Shown one piece after another: positions 50,001-61,749 of a DNA stretch of 64,000 nucleotides; the stretch's first letter is position 1, and each line of letters opens with the position of its first letter. Under the pieces are notes generated by a model, which had not been told where the DNA came from, searched no databases, and saw only the letters and a list, made by a program, of their open reading frames with translations. The stretch is from Eledone cirrhosa (taxonomy: Eukaryota), in the NCBI GenBank assembly GCA_964016885.1, contig OZ024743.1:131936001-132000000 (forward strand), given 5' to 3'. Both the position numbers and the translations under genes were made by a program.

Positions 50001-53000
50001 TTTGGTGTTTGCTGTTTGGTCTTTGGTGCTTGGTGTTTGGTGCTTGGTGCTTGGTGTTTGGTGTTTGGTGCTTGGTGCTTGGTGTTTGGTGTTTGGTGTT
50101 TGGTGCTTGGTGTCTGGTGCTTGGTGTTTGGTGTTTGGTGTTTGGTGCTTGGTGTTTGGTGTTTGCTGTTTGGTGCTTGGTGTTTGGTGTTTGGTGTTTG
50201 GTGTTTGGTGCTTGTTGCTTGGTGCTTGGTGCTTGGGGTTCGGTTCTTGGTTCTTGGTGTTTGGTACTTGGTGCTTGGTGCTTGCTGTTTGGTGTTTGGT
50301 GCTTGGTGCTTGGTGCTTGGTGTTTGCTGTTTGGTGCTTGGTGTTTGGTGTTTGGTGTTTGGTGTTTGGTGCTTGTTGCTTGGTGCTTGGTGCTTGGTGT
50401 TTGGTCGTGGGTGCTTGGTGTTTGGTGCTTGGTGCTTGGTGCTTGCTGTTTGGTGTTTGGTGCTTGGTGCTTGGTGTTTGGTGTTTGGTGTTATATTCTT
50501 GGTGTTTGATGCTTGGTGCTTGGTGCTTGGTATTTGGTGTTTGGTGCTTGGTGTTTGTACTTGGTGCTTGGTTCTTGGTTCTTGGTGCTTGGTGCTTGGT
50601 GCTTGGTGCTTGGTGCTTGGTGTTTGGTGCTTGGTGTTTGGTGCTTGGTGTTTGGTGCTTGGTGCCTGGTGCTTGGTGCTTGGTGCTTGGTGTTTGGTGC
50701 TTGGTGTTTGGTGCTTGGTGTTAGGTGTTTGGTGCTTGGTGCTTGGTGTTTGGTGTTTCGTGCTTGGTGTTTGGTGCTTGGTGCTTGGTGTTTAGTGTTT
50801 GGTGCTTGGTGTTTGGTGCTTGGTACTTGGTGCTTGGTGCTTGGTGTTAGGTGTTTGGTGCTTGGTGCTTGGTGTTTGGTTTTTGGTGCTTGGTGCTTGG
50901 TGTTTGGTGTTTGGTGCTTGCTGCTGGCTGCTTGGTGTTTGGTGCTTGGTGATTGGTGCTTGGTGTTTGGTGCTTGGTGTTTGGTGTTTGGTACTAGGTG
51001 CTTGGTGTTTGGTGTTTGGTGCTTGGTGCTTGGTGTTTGGTGTTTGGTGTTTGGTGCTTGGTGCTTGGTGCTTGGTGCTGGGTGGTTGGTGTTTGGTGCT
51101 TGGTGATTAGTGTTTGGTGCTAGGTGCTTGGGGTTTGGTGTTTGGTGCTTGGTGCTTGGTGTTTGGTGCTTGGTGCTTGGTGTTTGGTGCTTGGTGGTTG
51201 GTGTTTTCTGTTTGCTGTTTGCTGTTTGGTGTTTGTTGTTTGGTGTTTGTTGATTGGTGTTTGCTGTTTGGTGCTTGGTGCTTGGTCTTTGGTGCTTGGT
51301 GTTTGGTGTTTGGTGCTTGGTGCTTTGTGTTTGGTGCTTGGTGATTAGTGTTTGGTGTTTGCTGTTTGGTGTTTGGTGTTTGGTGTTTGCTGTATGGTGT
51401 TTGCTGTTTCGTGTTTGGTGTTTGCTGTTTGGTGTTTGGTGTTTGCTGTTTGGTGTTTGGTCTTTGGTGCTTGGTGTTTGGTGCTTGGTGCTTGGTGTTT
51501 GGTGTTTGGTGCTTGGTGTTTGGTGTTTGGTGCTTGTTGCTTGGTACTTGGTGCTTGGTGTTTGGTGCTTGGTGCTTGGTGTTTGGTGCTGGGTGCTTGG
51601 TGTTTGGTGCTTGGTGCTTGGTGCTTGGTGTTTGGTGTTTGGTGCTTGGTGCTTGGTGCTTGGTGTTTGGTGTTTGGTGCTTGGTGTTTTATGCTTGGTG
51701 TTTGATGTTTGGTGCTTGGTGCTTGGTGTTTGGTGCTTGGTGCTTGGTGTTTTTCTTGGTGCTTGGTGCTTGGTTCTTGGTGTTTGGTGCTTGGTGCTTG
51801 GTGCTTGGTGCTTGGTGTTTGGTGCTTGGTGTTTGGTGCTTGGTGTTTGGTGCTTGGTGCCTGGTGCTTGGTGCTTGGTGCTTGGTGTTTGGTGCTTGGT
51901 GTTTGGTGCTTGGTATTAGGTGTTTGGTGCTTGGTGCTTGGTGTTTGGTGTTTGGTGCTTGGTGTTTGGTGCTTGGTGCTTGGTGTTTGGTGTTTGGTGC
52001 TTGGTGTTTGGTGCTTGGTACTTGGTGCTTGGTGCTTGGTGTTAGGTGTTTGTTGCTTGGTGCTTGGTGTTTGGTGTTTGGTGCTTGGTGCTTGGTGTTT
52101 GGTGTTTGGTGCTTGCTGCTGGCTGCTTGCTGTTTGGTGCTTGGTGATTGGTGCTTGGTGTTTGGTGCTTGGTGTTTGGTGTTTGGTACTAGGTGCTTGG
52201 TGCTTGGTGTTTGGTGCTTGGTGCTTGGTGTTTGGTGTTTGGTGCTTGGTGCTTGGTGTTTGGTGCTTGGTGCTGGGTGCTGGGTGGTTGGTGTTTGGTG
52301 TTTGGTGTTTGGTGCTGGGTGCTTGGTGTTTGGTGCTTGGTGCTTGGTGCTTGGTGTTTGGTGCTTGGTGCTTGGTGTTTGGTGCTTGGTGCTTAGTGTT
52401 TGGTGTTTGGTGTTTGGTGTTTGCTGTTTGGTGTCTGCTTTTTGGTGTTTGGTGTTGGCTGTATGTTATTTGCTGTTTGGTGTTTGGTGTTTGGTGTTTG
52501 GTGCTTGGTGCTTGGTGTTTGGTGTTTGGTGCTTGGTGCTTGGAGTTTGGTGTTTGGTGCTTGGTGCTTGGTGTTTTGTGTTTGGTGTTTGGTTTTTGGT
52601 GCTTGGTGCTTGGTGCTTGTTGCTTGGTCCTTGGTGTTTGGTGCTTGGTGCTTGGTGTTTGTACTTGGTGCTTGGTGCTTGGTGTTTGGTTCTTGGTTCT
52701 TGGTGTTTGGTACTTGGTGCTTGGTGCTCGGTGCTTGGTGTTTGGTGTCTGGTGCTTGGTGTTTGGTGCTTGGTGCTTGGTGCTTGGTGTTAGGTGTTTG
52801 GTGCTTGGTGCATGGTGTTTGGTGCTTGGTGTTTGGTGTTTGCTGTTTGGTGTTTGGTGCTTGGTGTTTGGTGTTTGCTGTTTGGTGTTTGGTCTTTGGT
52901 GCTTGGTGTTTGGTGCTTGGTGCTTGGTGTTTGGTGTTTGGTGCTTGGTGCTTGGTGCTTCGTGTTTGGTGTTTGGTGCTTGGTGTCTGGAGCTTGGTGT

Positions 53001-56000
53001 TTGGTGTTTGGTGCTTGGTATTTGGTGTTTGGTGCTTGGTGCTTGGTGTTTGGTGCTTGGTGCTTGGTGTTTGTACTTGGTGCTTGGTGCTTGGTGTTTT
53101 GGTGCTTGGTTCTTGGTGTTTGGTGCTTGGTATTTGGTGCTTGGTGCTTGGTGTTTGGTGCTTGGTGCTTGGTGTTTGGTGTTTGGTGCTTGGTGCTTGG
53201 TGCTTGGTGTTTGGTGTTTGGTGCTTGGTGCTCGGTGTTTGGTGTTTGGTTCTTGGTGCTTGGTATTTGGTGCTTGGTGCTTGCTGCTTGGTGTTTGGTG
53301 CTTGGTGATTGATGCTTGGTGTTTGATGCTTGGTGCTTGGTGTTTGGTTTTTGGTGCTAGGTGCTTGGTGCTTGGTGTTTGGTGCTTGGTGTTTGGTGTT
53401 TGCTGCTTGGTGCTTGGGGCTTGGTGTTTGGTACTTGGTGCTTGGTGCTTGGTGTTTGGTGCTTGGTGCTTGGTGTATGGTGTTTGGTGTTTGGTGCTTG
53501 GTGTTTGGTGTTTGGTGCTTGGTGCTTGGTGTTTGTTGCTTGGTACTTGGTTCATGGTGTTTGGTGCTGGGTGCTTGGTGTTTGGTGCTTGGTGCCTGGT
53601 GTTTGGTGTTTGGTGCTTGGTGTTTGGTGTTTGGTGCTTGGTGCTTGGTGTTTGTTGCTTGGTACTTGGTGCATGGTGTTTGGTGCTGGGTGCTTGGTGT
53701 TTGGTGCTTGGTGTTTGGTGCTTGGTGCTTGGTGTTTGGTGTTTGGTGTTTGATGCTTGGTGTTTGATGCTTGGTGCTTGGTGCTTGGTGTTTGGTGCTT
53801 GGTGTTTGTACTTGGTGCTTGGTGTTTTGTGCTTGGTTCTTTGTGTTTGGTGTTTGGTGCTTGGTGCTTGGTGCTTGGTGTTAGGTGTTTGGTGCTTGGT
53901 GCTTGGTGTTTGGTGTTTGGTACTAGGTGCTTGGTGATTGGTGTTTGGCGCTTGGTGCTTGGTGTTTGGTGTTTGGTGTTTGGTGCTTGCTGCTTGGTGC
54001 TTGGTGCTGGGTGGTTGGTGTTTGGTGCTTGGTGATTAGTGTTTGGTGCTAGGTGCTTGGGGTTTGGTGTTTGGTGCTTGGTGCTTGGTGTTTGGTGCTT
54101 GGTGCTTGGTGTTTGGTGCTTGGTGCTTGGTGTTTGCTGTTTGCTGTTTGCTGTTTGGTGTTTGTTGTTTGGTGTTTGTTGTTTGGTGTTTGCTGTTTGG
54201 TGTTTGGTATTTGGTGTTTGCTGTTTGGTGTCTGCTTTTTGGTGTTTGGTGTTTGCTGTATGTTGTTTGCTGTTTGGTGTTTGGTGTTTGGTGTTTGGTG
54301 TTTGGTGCTTGGTGCTTGGTGTTTGGTGCTTGGTGCTTGGTGTTTGGTGCCTGGTGCTTGGTACTTGGTGTTTGGTGTTTGGTGCTTGGTGCTTGGTGCT
54401 TGGAGTTTGGTGTTTGGTGCTTGGTGCTTGGTGTTTTGTGTTTGGTGTTTGGTTTTTGGTGCTTGGTGCTTGGTGCTTGGTACTTAGTCCTTGGTGTTTG
54501 GTGCTTGGTGCTTGGTGTTTGTACTTGGTGCTTGGTGCTTGGTGTTTGGTTCTTGGTTCTTGGTGTTTGGTACTTGGTGCTTGGTGCTTGGTGCTTGGTG
54601 TTTGGTGTTTGGTGCTTGGTGTTTGGTGCTTGGTGCTTGGTGCTTGGTGCTTGGTGTTAGGTGTTTGGTGCTTGGTGCTTGGTGTTTGGTGCTTGGTGTT
54701 TGCTGTCTGGTGTTTGGTGTTTGCTGTTTGGTGTCTGCTTTTTGGTGTTTGGTGTTTGCTGTATGGTGTTTGCTGTTTGGTGTTTGGTGCTTCGTGTTTG
54801 GTGTTTGGTCTTTGGTGATTGGTGTCTGGTGCTTGATGTTTGGTGTTTGGTGTTTGGTGCTTGGTGCTTGGTGTTTGGTGCTTGGTGCTTGGTGTTTGTA
54901 CTTGGTGCTTGGTGCTTGGTGTTTGGTGCTTGGTTCTTGGTGTTTGGTGCTTGGTGTTTGGTGCTTGGTGCTTGGTGTTTGGTGCTTGGTGCTTGGTGTT
55001 TGGTGTTTGGTGCTTGGTGCTTGGTGCTTGGTGTTAGGTGTTTGGTGCTTGGTGCTTGGTGTTTAGTGTTTGGTTCTTGGTGCTTGGTATTTGGTGCTTG
55101 GTGCTTGCTGCTTGGTGTTTGGTGCTTGGTGATTGATGCTTGGTGTTTGGTGCTTGGTGCCCAGTGTTTGGTTTTTGGTGCTAGGTGCTTGGTGCATGGT
55201 GTTTGGTGCTTGGTGTTTGGTGTTTGGTGGTTGGTGCTTGGGGATTGGTGTTTGGTACTTGGTGCTTGGTGCTTGGTGTTTGGTGCTTGGTGCTTGGTGT
55301 TTGGTGTTTGGTGCTTGGTGCTTGGTATTTGGTGCTTGGTGCTTGGTGTTTGGTGTTTGGTGCTTGGTGCTTGGTGTTTGGTGCTTGGTGCTTGGTGCTT
55401 GTTGTTTGGTGTTTGGTGCTTGGTGTTTGGTGTTTGGTGCTTGGTCTTTGGTGCTTGGTGTTTGGTGCTTGGTGCTTGGTGCTTGGTGTTTGGTGCTTGG
55501 TGATTAGTGTTTGGTGCTTGGTGCTTGGGGTTTGGTGTTTGGTGCTTGGTACTTGGTGTTTGGTGCTTGGTGTTTGGTGTTTGCTGTTTGGTGTTTGGTG
55601 TTTGCTGTTTGCTGTTTGCTGTTTGCTTTTTGGTGTTTGGTGTTTGCTGTATGGTGTTTGCTGTTTGGTGTTTGGTGTTTGCTGTTTGGTGTTTGGTGTT
55701 TGCTGTTTGGTCTTTGGTGCTTGGTGTTTGGTGCTTGGTGCTTGGTGTTTGGTGTTTGGTGCTTGGTGCTTGGTGTTTGGTGTTTGGTGTTTGGTGCTTG
55801 GTGTCTGGTGCTTGGTGTTTGGTGTTTGGTGTTTGGTGCTTGGTGTTTGGTGTTTGCTGTTTGGTGCTTGGTGTTTGGTGTTTGGTGTTTGGTGTTTGGT
55901 GCTTGTTGCTTGGTGCTTGGTGCTTGGGTTTCGGTTCTTGGTTCTTGGTGTTTGGTACTTGGTGCTTGGTGCTTGCTGTTTGGTGTTTGGTGCTTGGTGC

Positions 56001-59000
56001 TTGGTGCTTGGTGTTTGCTGTTTGGTGCTTGGTGTTTGGTGTTTGGTGTTTGGTGTTTGGTGCTTGTTGCTTGGTGCTTGGTGCTTGGTGTTTGGTCCTG
56101 GGTGCTTGGTGTTTGGTGCTTGGTGCTTGGTGCTTGCTGTTTGGTGTTTGGTGCTTGGTGCTTGGTGTTTGGTGTTTGGTGTTATATTCTTGGTGTTTGA
56201 TGCTTGGTGCTTGGTGCTTGGTATTTGGTGTTTGGTGCTTGGTGTTTGTACTTGGTGCTTGGTTCTTGGTTCTTGGTGCTTGGTGCTTGGTGCTTGGTGC
56301 TTGGTGCTTGGTGTTTGGTGCTTGGTGTTTGGTGCTTGGTGTTTGGTGCTTGGTGCCTGGTGCTTGGTGCTTGGTGTTTGGTGCTTGGTGTTTGGTGCTT
56401 GGTGTTAGGTGTTTGGTGCTTGGTGCTTGGTGTTTGGTGTTTCGTGCTTGGTGTTTGGTGCTTGGTGCTTGGTGTTTAGTGTTTGGTGCTTGGTGTTTGG
56501 TGCTTGGTACTTGGTGCTTGGTGCTTGGTGTTAGGTGTTTGGTGCTTGGTGCTTGGTGTTTGGTTTTTGGTGCTTGGTGCTTGGTGTTTGGTGTTTGGTG
56601 CTTGCTGCTGGCTGCTTGGTGTTTGGTGCTTGGTGATTGGTGCTTGGTGTTTGGTGCTTGGTGTTTGGTGTTTGGTACTAGGTGCTTGGTGTTTGGTGTT
56701 TGGTGCTTGGTGCTTGGTGTTTGGTGTTTGGTGTTTGGTGCTTGGTGCTTGGTGCTTGGTGCTGGGTGGTTGGTGTTTGGTGCTTGGTGATTAGTGTTTG
56801 GTGCTAGGTGCTTGGGGTTTGGTGTTTGGTGCTTGGTGCTTGGTGTTTGGTGCTTGGTGCTTGGTGTTTGGTGCTTGGTGGTTGGTGTTTTCTGTTTGCT
56901 GTTTGCTGTTTGGTGTTTGTTGTTTGGTGTTTGTTGATTGGTGTTTGCTGTTTGGTGCTTGGTGCTTGGTCTTTGGTGCTTGGTGTTTGGTGTTTGGTGC
57001 TTGGTGCTTTGTGTTTGGTGCTTGGTGATTAGTGTTTGGTGTTTGCTGTTTGGTGTTTGGTGTTTGGTGTTTGCTGTATGGTGTTTGCTGTTTCGTGTTT
57101 GGTGTTTGCTGTTTGGTGTTTGGTGTTTGCTGTTTGGTGTTTGGTCTTTGGTGCTTGGTGTTTGGTGCTTGGTGCTTGGTGTTTGGTGTTTGGTGCTTGG
57201 TGTTTGGTGTTTGGTGCTTGTTGCTTGGTACTTGGTGCTTGGTGTTTGGTGCTTGGTGCTTGGTGTTTGGTGCTGGGTGCTTGGTGTTTGGTGCTTGGTG
57301 CTTGGTGCTTGGTGTTTGGTGTTTGGTGCTTGGTGCTTGGTGCTTGGTGTTTGGTGTTTGGTGCTTGGTGTTTTATGCTTGGTGTTTGATGTTTGGTGCT
57401 TGGTGCTTGGTGTTTGGTGCTTGGTGCTTGGTGTTTTTCTTGGTGCTTGGTGCTTGGTTCTTGGTGTTTGGTGCTTGGTGCTTGGTGCTTGGTGCTTGGT
57501 GTTTGGTGCTTGGTGTTTGGTGCTTGGTGTTTGGTGCTTGGTGCCTGGTGCTTGGTGCTTGGTGCTTGGTGTTTGGTGCTTGGTGTTTGGTGCTTGGTAT
57601 TAGGTGTTTGGTGCTTGGTGCTTGGTGTTTGGTGTTTGGTGCTTGGTGTTTGGTGCTTGGTGCTTGGTGTTTGGTGTTTGGTGCTTGGTGTTTGGTGCTT
57701 GGTACTTGGTGCTTGGTGCTTGGTGTTAGGTGTTTGTTGCTTGGTGCTTGGTGTTTGGTGTTTGGTGCTTGGTGCTTGGTGTTTGGTGTTTGGTGCTTGC
57801 TGCTGGCTGCTTGCTGTTTGGTGCTTGGTGATTGGTGCTTGGTGTTTGGTGCTTGGTGTTTGGTGTTTGGTACTAGGTGCTTGGTGCTTGGTGTTTGGTG
57901 CTTGGTGCTTGGTGTTTGGTGTTTGGTGCTTGGTGCTTGGTGTTTGGTGCTTGGTGCTGGGTGCTGGGTGGTTGGTGTTTGGTGTTTGGTGTTTGGTGCT
58001 GGGTGCTTGGTGTTTGGTGCTTGGTGTTTGGTCTTTGGTGTTTGGTGTTTGGTGTTTGGTGCTTGGTGCTTGGTGCTTGGTGTTTGGTGCTTGGTGCTTG
58101 GTGTTTGGTGCTTGGTGCTTAGTGTTTGGTGTTTGGTGTTTGGTGTTTGCTGTTTGGTGTCTGCTTTTTGGTGTTTGGTGTTGGCTGTATGTTATTTGCT
58201 GTTTGGTGTTTGGTGTTTGGTGTTTGGTGCTTGGTGCTTGGTGTTTGGTGTTTGGTGCTTGGTGCTTGGAGTTTGGTGTTTGGTGCTTGGTGCTTGGTGT
58301 TTTGTGTTTGGTGTTTGGTTTTTGGTGCTTGGTGCTTGGTGCTTGTTGCTTGGTCCTTGGTGTTTGGTGCTTGGTGCTTGGTGTTTGTACTTGGTGCTTG
58401 GTGCTTGGTGTTTGGTTCTTGGTTCTTGGTGTTTGGTACTTGGTGCTTGGTGCTCGGTGCTTGGTGTTTGGTGTCTGGTGCTTGGTGTTTGGTGCTTGGT
58501 GCTTGGTGCTTGGTGTTAGGTGTTTGGTGCTTGGTGCATGGTGTTTGGTGCTTGGTGTTTGGTGTTTGCTGTTTGGTGTTTGGTGCTTGGTGTTTGGTGT
58601 TTGCTGTTTGGTGTTTGGTCTTTGGTGCTTGGTGTTTGGTGCTTGGTGCTTGGTGTTTGGTGTTTGGTGCTTGGTGCTTGGTGCTTCGTGTTTGGTGTTT
58701 GGTGCTTGGTGTCTGGAGCTTGGTGTTTGGTGTTTGGTGCTTGGTATTTGGTGTTTGGTGCTTGGTGCTTGGTGTTTGGTGCTTGGTGCTTGGTGTTTGT
58801 ACTTGGTGCTTGGTGCTTGGTGTTTTGGTGCTTGGTTCTTGGTGTTTGGTGCTTGGTATTTGGTGCTTGGTGCTTGGTGTTTGGTGCTTGGTGCTTGGTG
58901 TTTGGTGTTTGGTGCTTGGTGCTTGGTGCTTGGTGTTTGGTGTTTGGTGCTTGGTGCTCGGTGTTTGGTGTTTGGTTCTTGGTGCTTGGTATTTGGTGCT

Positions 59001-61137
59001 TGGTGCTTGCTGCTTGGTGTTTGGTGCTTGGTGATTGATGCTTGGTGTTTGATGCTTGGTGCTTGGTGTTTGGTTTTTGGTGCTAGGTGCTTGGTGCTTG
59101 GTGTTTGGTGCTTGGTGTTTGGTGTTTGCTGCTTGGTGCTTGGGGCTTGGTGTTTGGTACTTGGTGCTTGGTGCTTGGTGTTTGGTGCTTGGTGCTTGGT
59201 GTATGGTGTTTGGTGTTTGGTGCTTGGTGTTTGGTGTTTGGTGCTTGGTGCTTGGTGTTTGTTGCTTGGTACTTGGTTCATGGTGTTTGGTGCTGGGTGC
59301 TTGGTGTTTGGTGCTTGGTGCCTGGTGTTTGGTGTTTGGTGCTTGGTGTTTGGTGTTTGGTGCTTGGTGCTTGGTGTTTGTTGCTTGGTACTTGGTGCAT
59401 GGTGTTTGGTGCTGGGTGCTTGGTGTTTGGTGCTTGGTGTTTGGTGCTTGGTGCTTGGTGTTTGGTGTTTGGTGTTTGATGCTTGGTGTTTGATGCTTGG
59501 TGCTTGGTGCTTGGTGTTTGGTGCTTGGTGTTTGTACTTGGTGCTTGGTGTTTTGTGCTTGGTTCTTTGTGTTTGGTGTTTGGTGCTTGGTGCTTGGTGC
59601 TTGGTGTTAGGTGTTTGGTGCTTGGTGCTTGGTGTTTGGTGTTTGGTACTAGGTGCTTGGTGATTGGTGTTTGGCGCTTGGTGCTTGGTGTTTGGTGTTT
59701 GGTGTTTGGTGCTTGCTGCTTGGTGCTTGGTGCTGGGTGGTTGGTGTTTGGTGCTTGGTGATTAGTGTTTGGTGCTAGGTGCTTGGGGTTTGGTGTTTGG
59801 TGCTTGGTGCTTGGTGTTTGGTGCTTGGTGCTTGGTGTTTGGTGCTTGGTGCTTGGTGTTTGCTGTTTGCTGTTTGCTGTTTGGTGTTTGTTGTTTGGTG
59901 TTTGTTGTTTGGTGTTTGCTGTTTGGTGTTTGGTATTTGGTGTTTGCTGTTTGGTGTCTGCTTTTTGGTGTTTGGTGTTTGCTGTATGTTGTTTGCTGTT
60001 TGGTGTTTGGTGTTTGGTGTTTGGTGTTTGGTGCTTGGTGCTTGGTGTTTGGTGCTTGGTGCTTGGTGTTTGGTGCCTGGTGCTTGGTACTTGGTGTTTG
60101 GTGTTTGGTGCTTGGTGCTTGGTGCTTGGAGTTTGGTGTTTGGTGCTTGGTGCTTGGTGTTTTGTGTTTGGTGTTTGGTTTTTGGTGCTTGGTGCTTGGT
60201 GCTTGGTACTTAGTCCTTGGTGTTTGGTGCTTGGTGCTTGGTGTTTGTACTTGGTGCTTGGTGCTTGGTGTTTGGTTCTTGGTTCTTGGTGTTTGGTACT
60301 TGGTGCTTGGTGCTTGGTGCTTGGTGTTTGGTGTTTGGTGCTTGGTGTTTGGTGCTTGGTGCTTGGTGCTTGGTGCTTGGTGTTAGGTGTTTGGTGCTTG
60401 GTGCTTGGTGTTTGGTGCTTGGTGTTTGCTGTCTGGTGTTTGGTGTTTGCTGTTTGGTGTCTGCTTTTTGGTGTTTGGTGTTTGCTGTATGGTGTTTGCT
60501 GTTTGGTGTTTGGTGCTTCGTGTTTGGTGTTTGGTCTTTGGTGATTGGTGTCTGGTGCTTGATGTTTGGTGTTTGGTGTTTGGTGCTTGGTGCTTGGTGT
60601 TTGGTGCTTGGTGCTTGGTGTTTGTACTTGGTGCTTGGTGCTTGGTGTTTGGTGCTTGGTTCTTGGTGTTTGGTGCTTGGTGTTTGGTGCTTGGTGCTTG
60701 GTGTTTGGTGCTTGGTGCTTGGTGTTTGGTGTTTGGTGCTTGGTGCTTGGTGCTTGGTGTTAGGTGTTTGGTGCTTGGTGCTTGGTGTTTAGTGTTTGGT
60801 TCTTGGTGCTTGGTATTTGGTGCTTGGTGCTTGCTGCTTGGTGTTTGGTGCTTGGTGATTGATGCTTGGTGTTTGGTGCTTGGTGCCCAGTGTTTGGTTT
60901 TTGGTGCTAGGTGCTTGGTGCATGGTGTTTGGTGCTTGGTGTTTGGTGTTTGGTGGTTGGTGCTTGGGGATTGGTGTTTGGTACTTGGTGCTTGGTGCTT
61001 GGTGTTTGGTGCTTGGTGCTTGGTGTTTGGTGTTTGGTGCTTGGTGCTTGGTATTTGGTGCTTGGTGCTTGGTGTTTGGTGTTTGGTGCTTGGTGCTTGG
61101 TGTTTGGTGCTTGGTGCTTGGTGCTTGTTGTTTGGTG
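44010..61137. repeat. Three near-identical tandem copies of a ~5.7-kb higher-order unit (44010-49742, 49743-55433, 55434-61137)
   Basis: ORF triplets 44083/49816/55507, 45612/51345/57029, 46709/52400/58126, 48348/54039/59765, 49442/55133/60859. Offsets are 5733/5691 and 5691/5684/5726. The rare monomers TATATTC and CCAGTGT occur once per copy. Confidence 0.97.
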
Positions 61138-61749
61138 ATTGGTGCTTGGTGCTTGGTGTTTGGTGTTTGGTGCTTGGGGCTTGGTGTTTGGTGCTGCGTG
61201 CTTGGTGCTTGGTGCTTGGTGCTTGGTGCTTGGTGTTTGATGCTTGGTGTTTGATGCTTTGTGTTTGGTGTTTGGTGTTTGGTGCTTGGTGTTTGGTGTT
61301 TGATGCTTGGTGCTTGATGCTTGGTGCTTGGTGCTTGGTGTTTGGTGCTTGGTGCTTGGTGTTTGGTGTTTGGTGCTTGGTGCTTGGTGTTTGGTGCTTG
61401 GTGCTTGGTGCTTGTTGTTTGATGATTGGTACTTGGTGCTTGGTGTTTGGTGTTTGGTGCTTGGGGCTTGGTGTTTGGTGCTGCGTGCTTGGTGCTTGGT
61501 GCTTGGTGCTTGGTGCTTGGTGTTTTGTGTTTGGTGTTTGATGCTTGGTGCTTGGTGTTTGGTGTTTGGTGCTTGGTGTTTGGTGTTTGCTGTTTGGTGT
61601 TTGCTGTTTCGTGTTTGCTGTTTGGTGTTTGGTGTTTGGTGTTTGGTGTTTGGTGTTTGCTGTTTGGTGTTTGGTGCTTGCTGTTTGGGCTTGGTGTTTG
61701 GTGCTTGGTGCTTGGTGTTTGGTGTTTTGTGTTTGGTGCTTGGTGCTTG

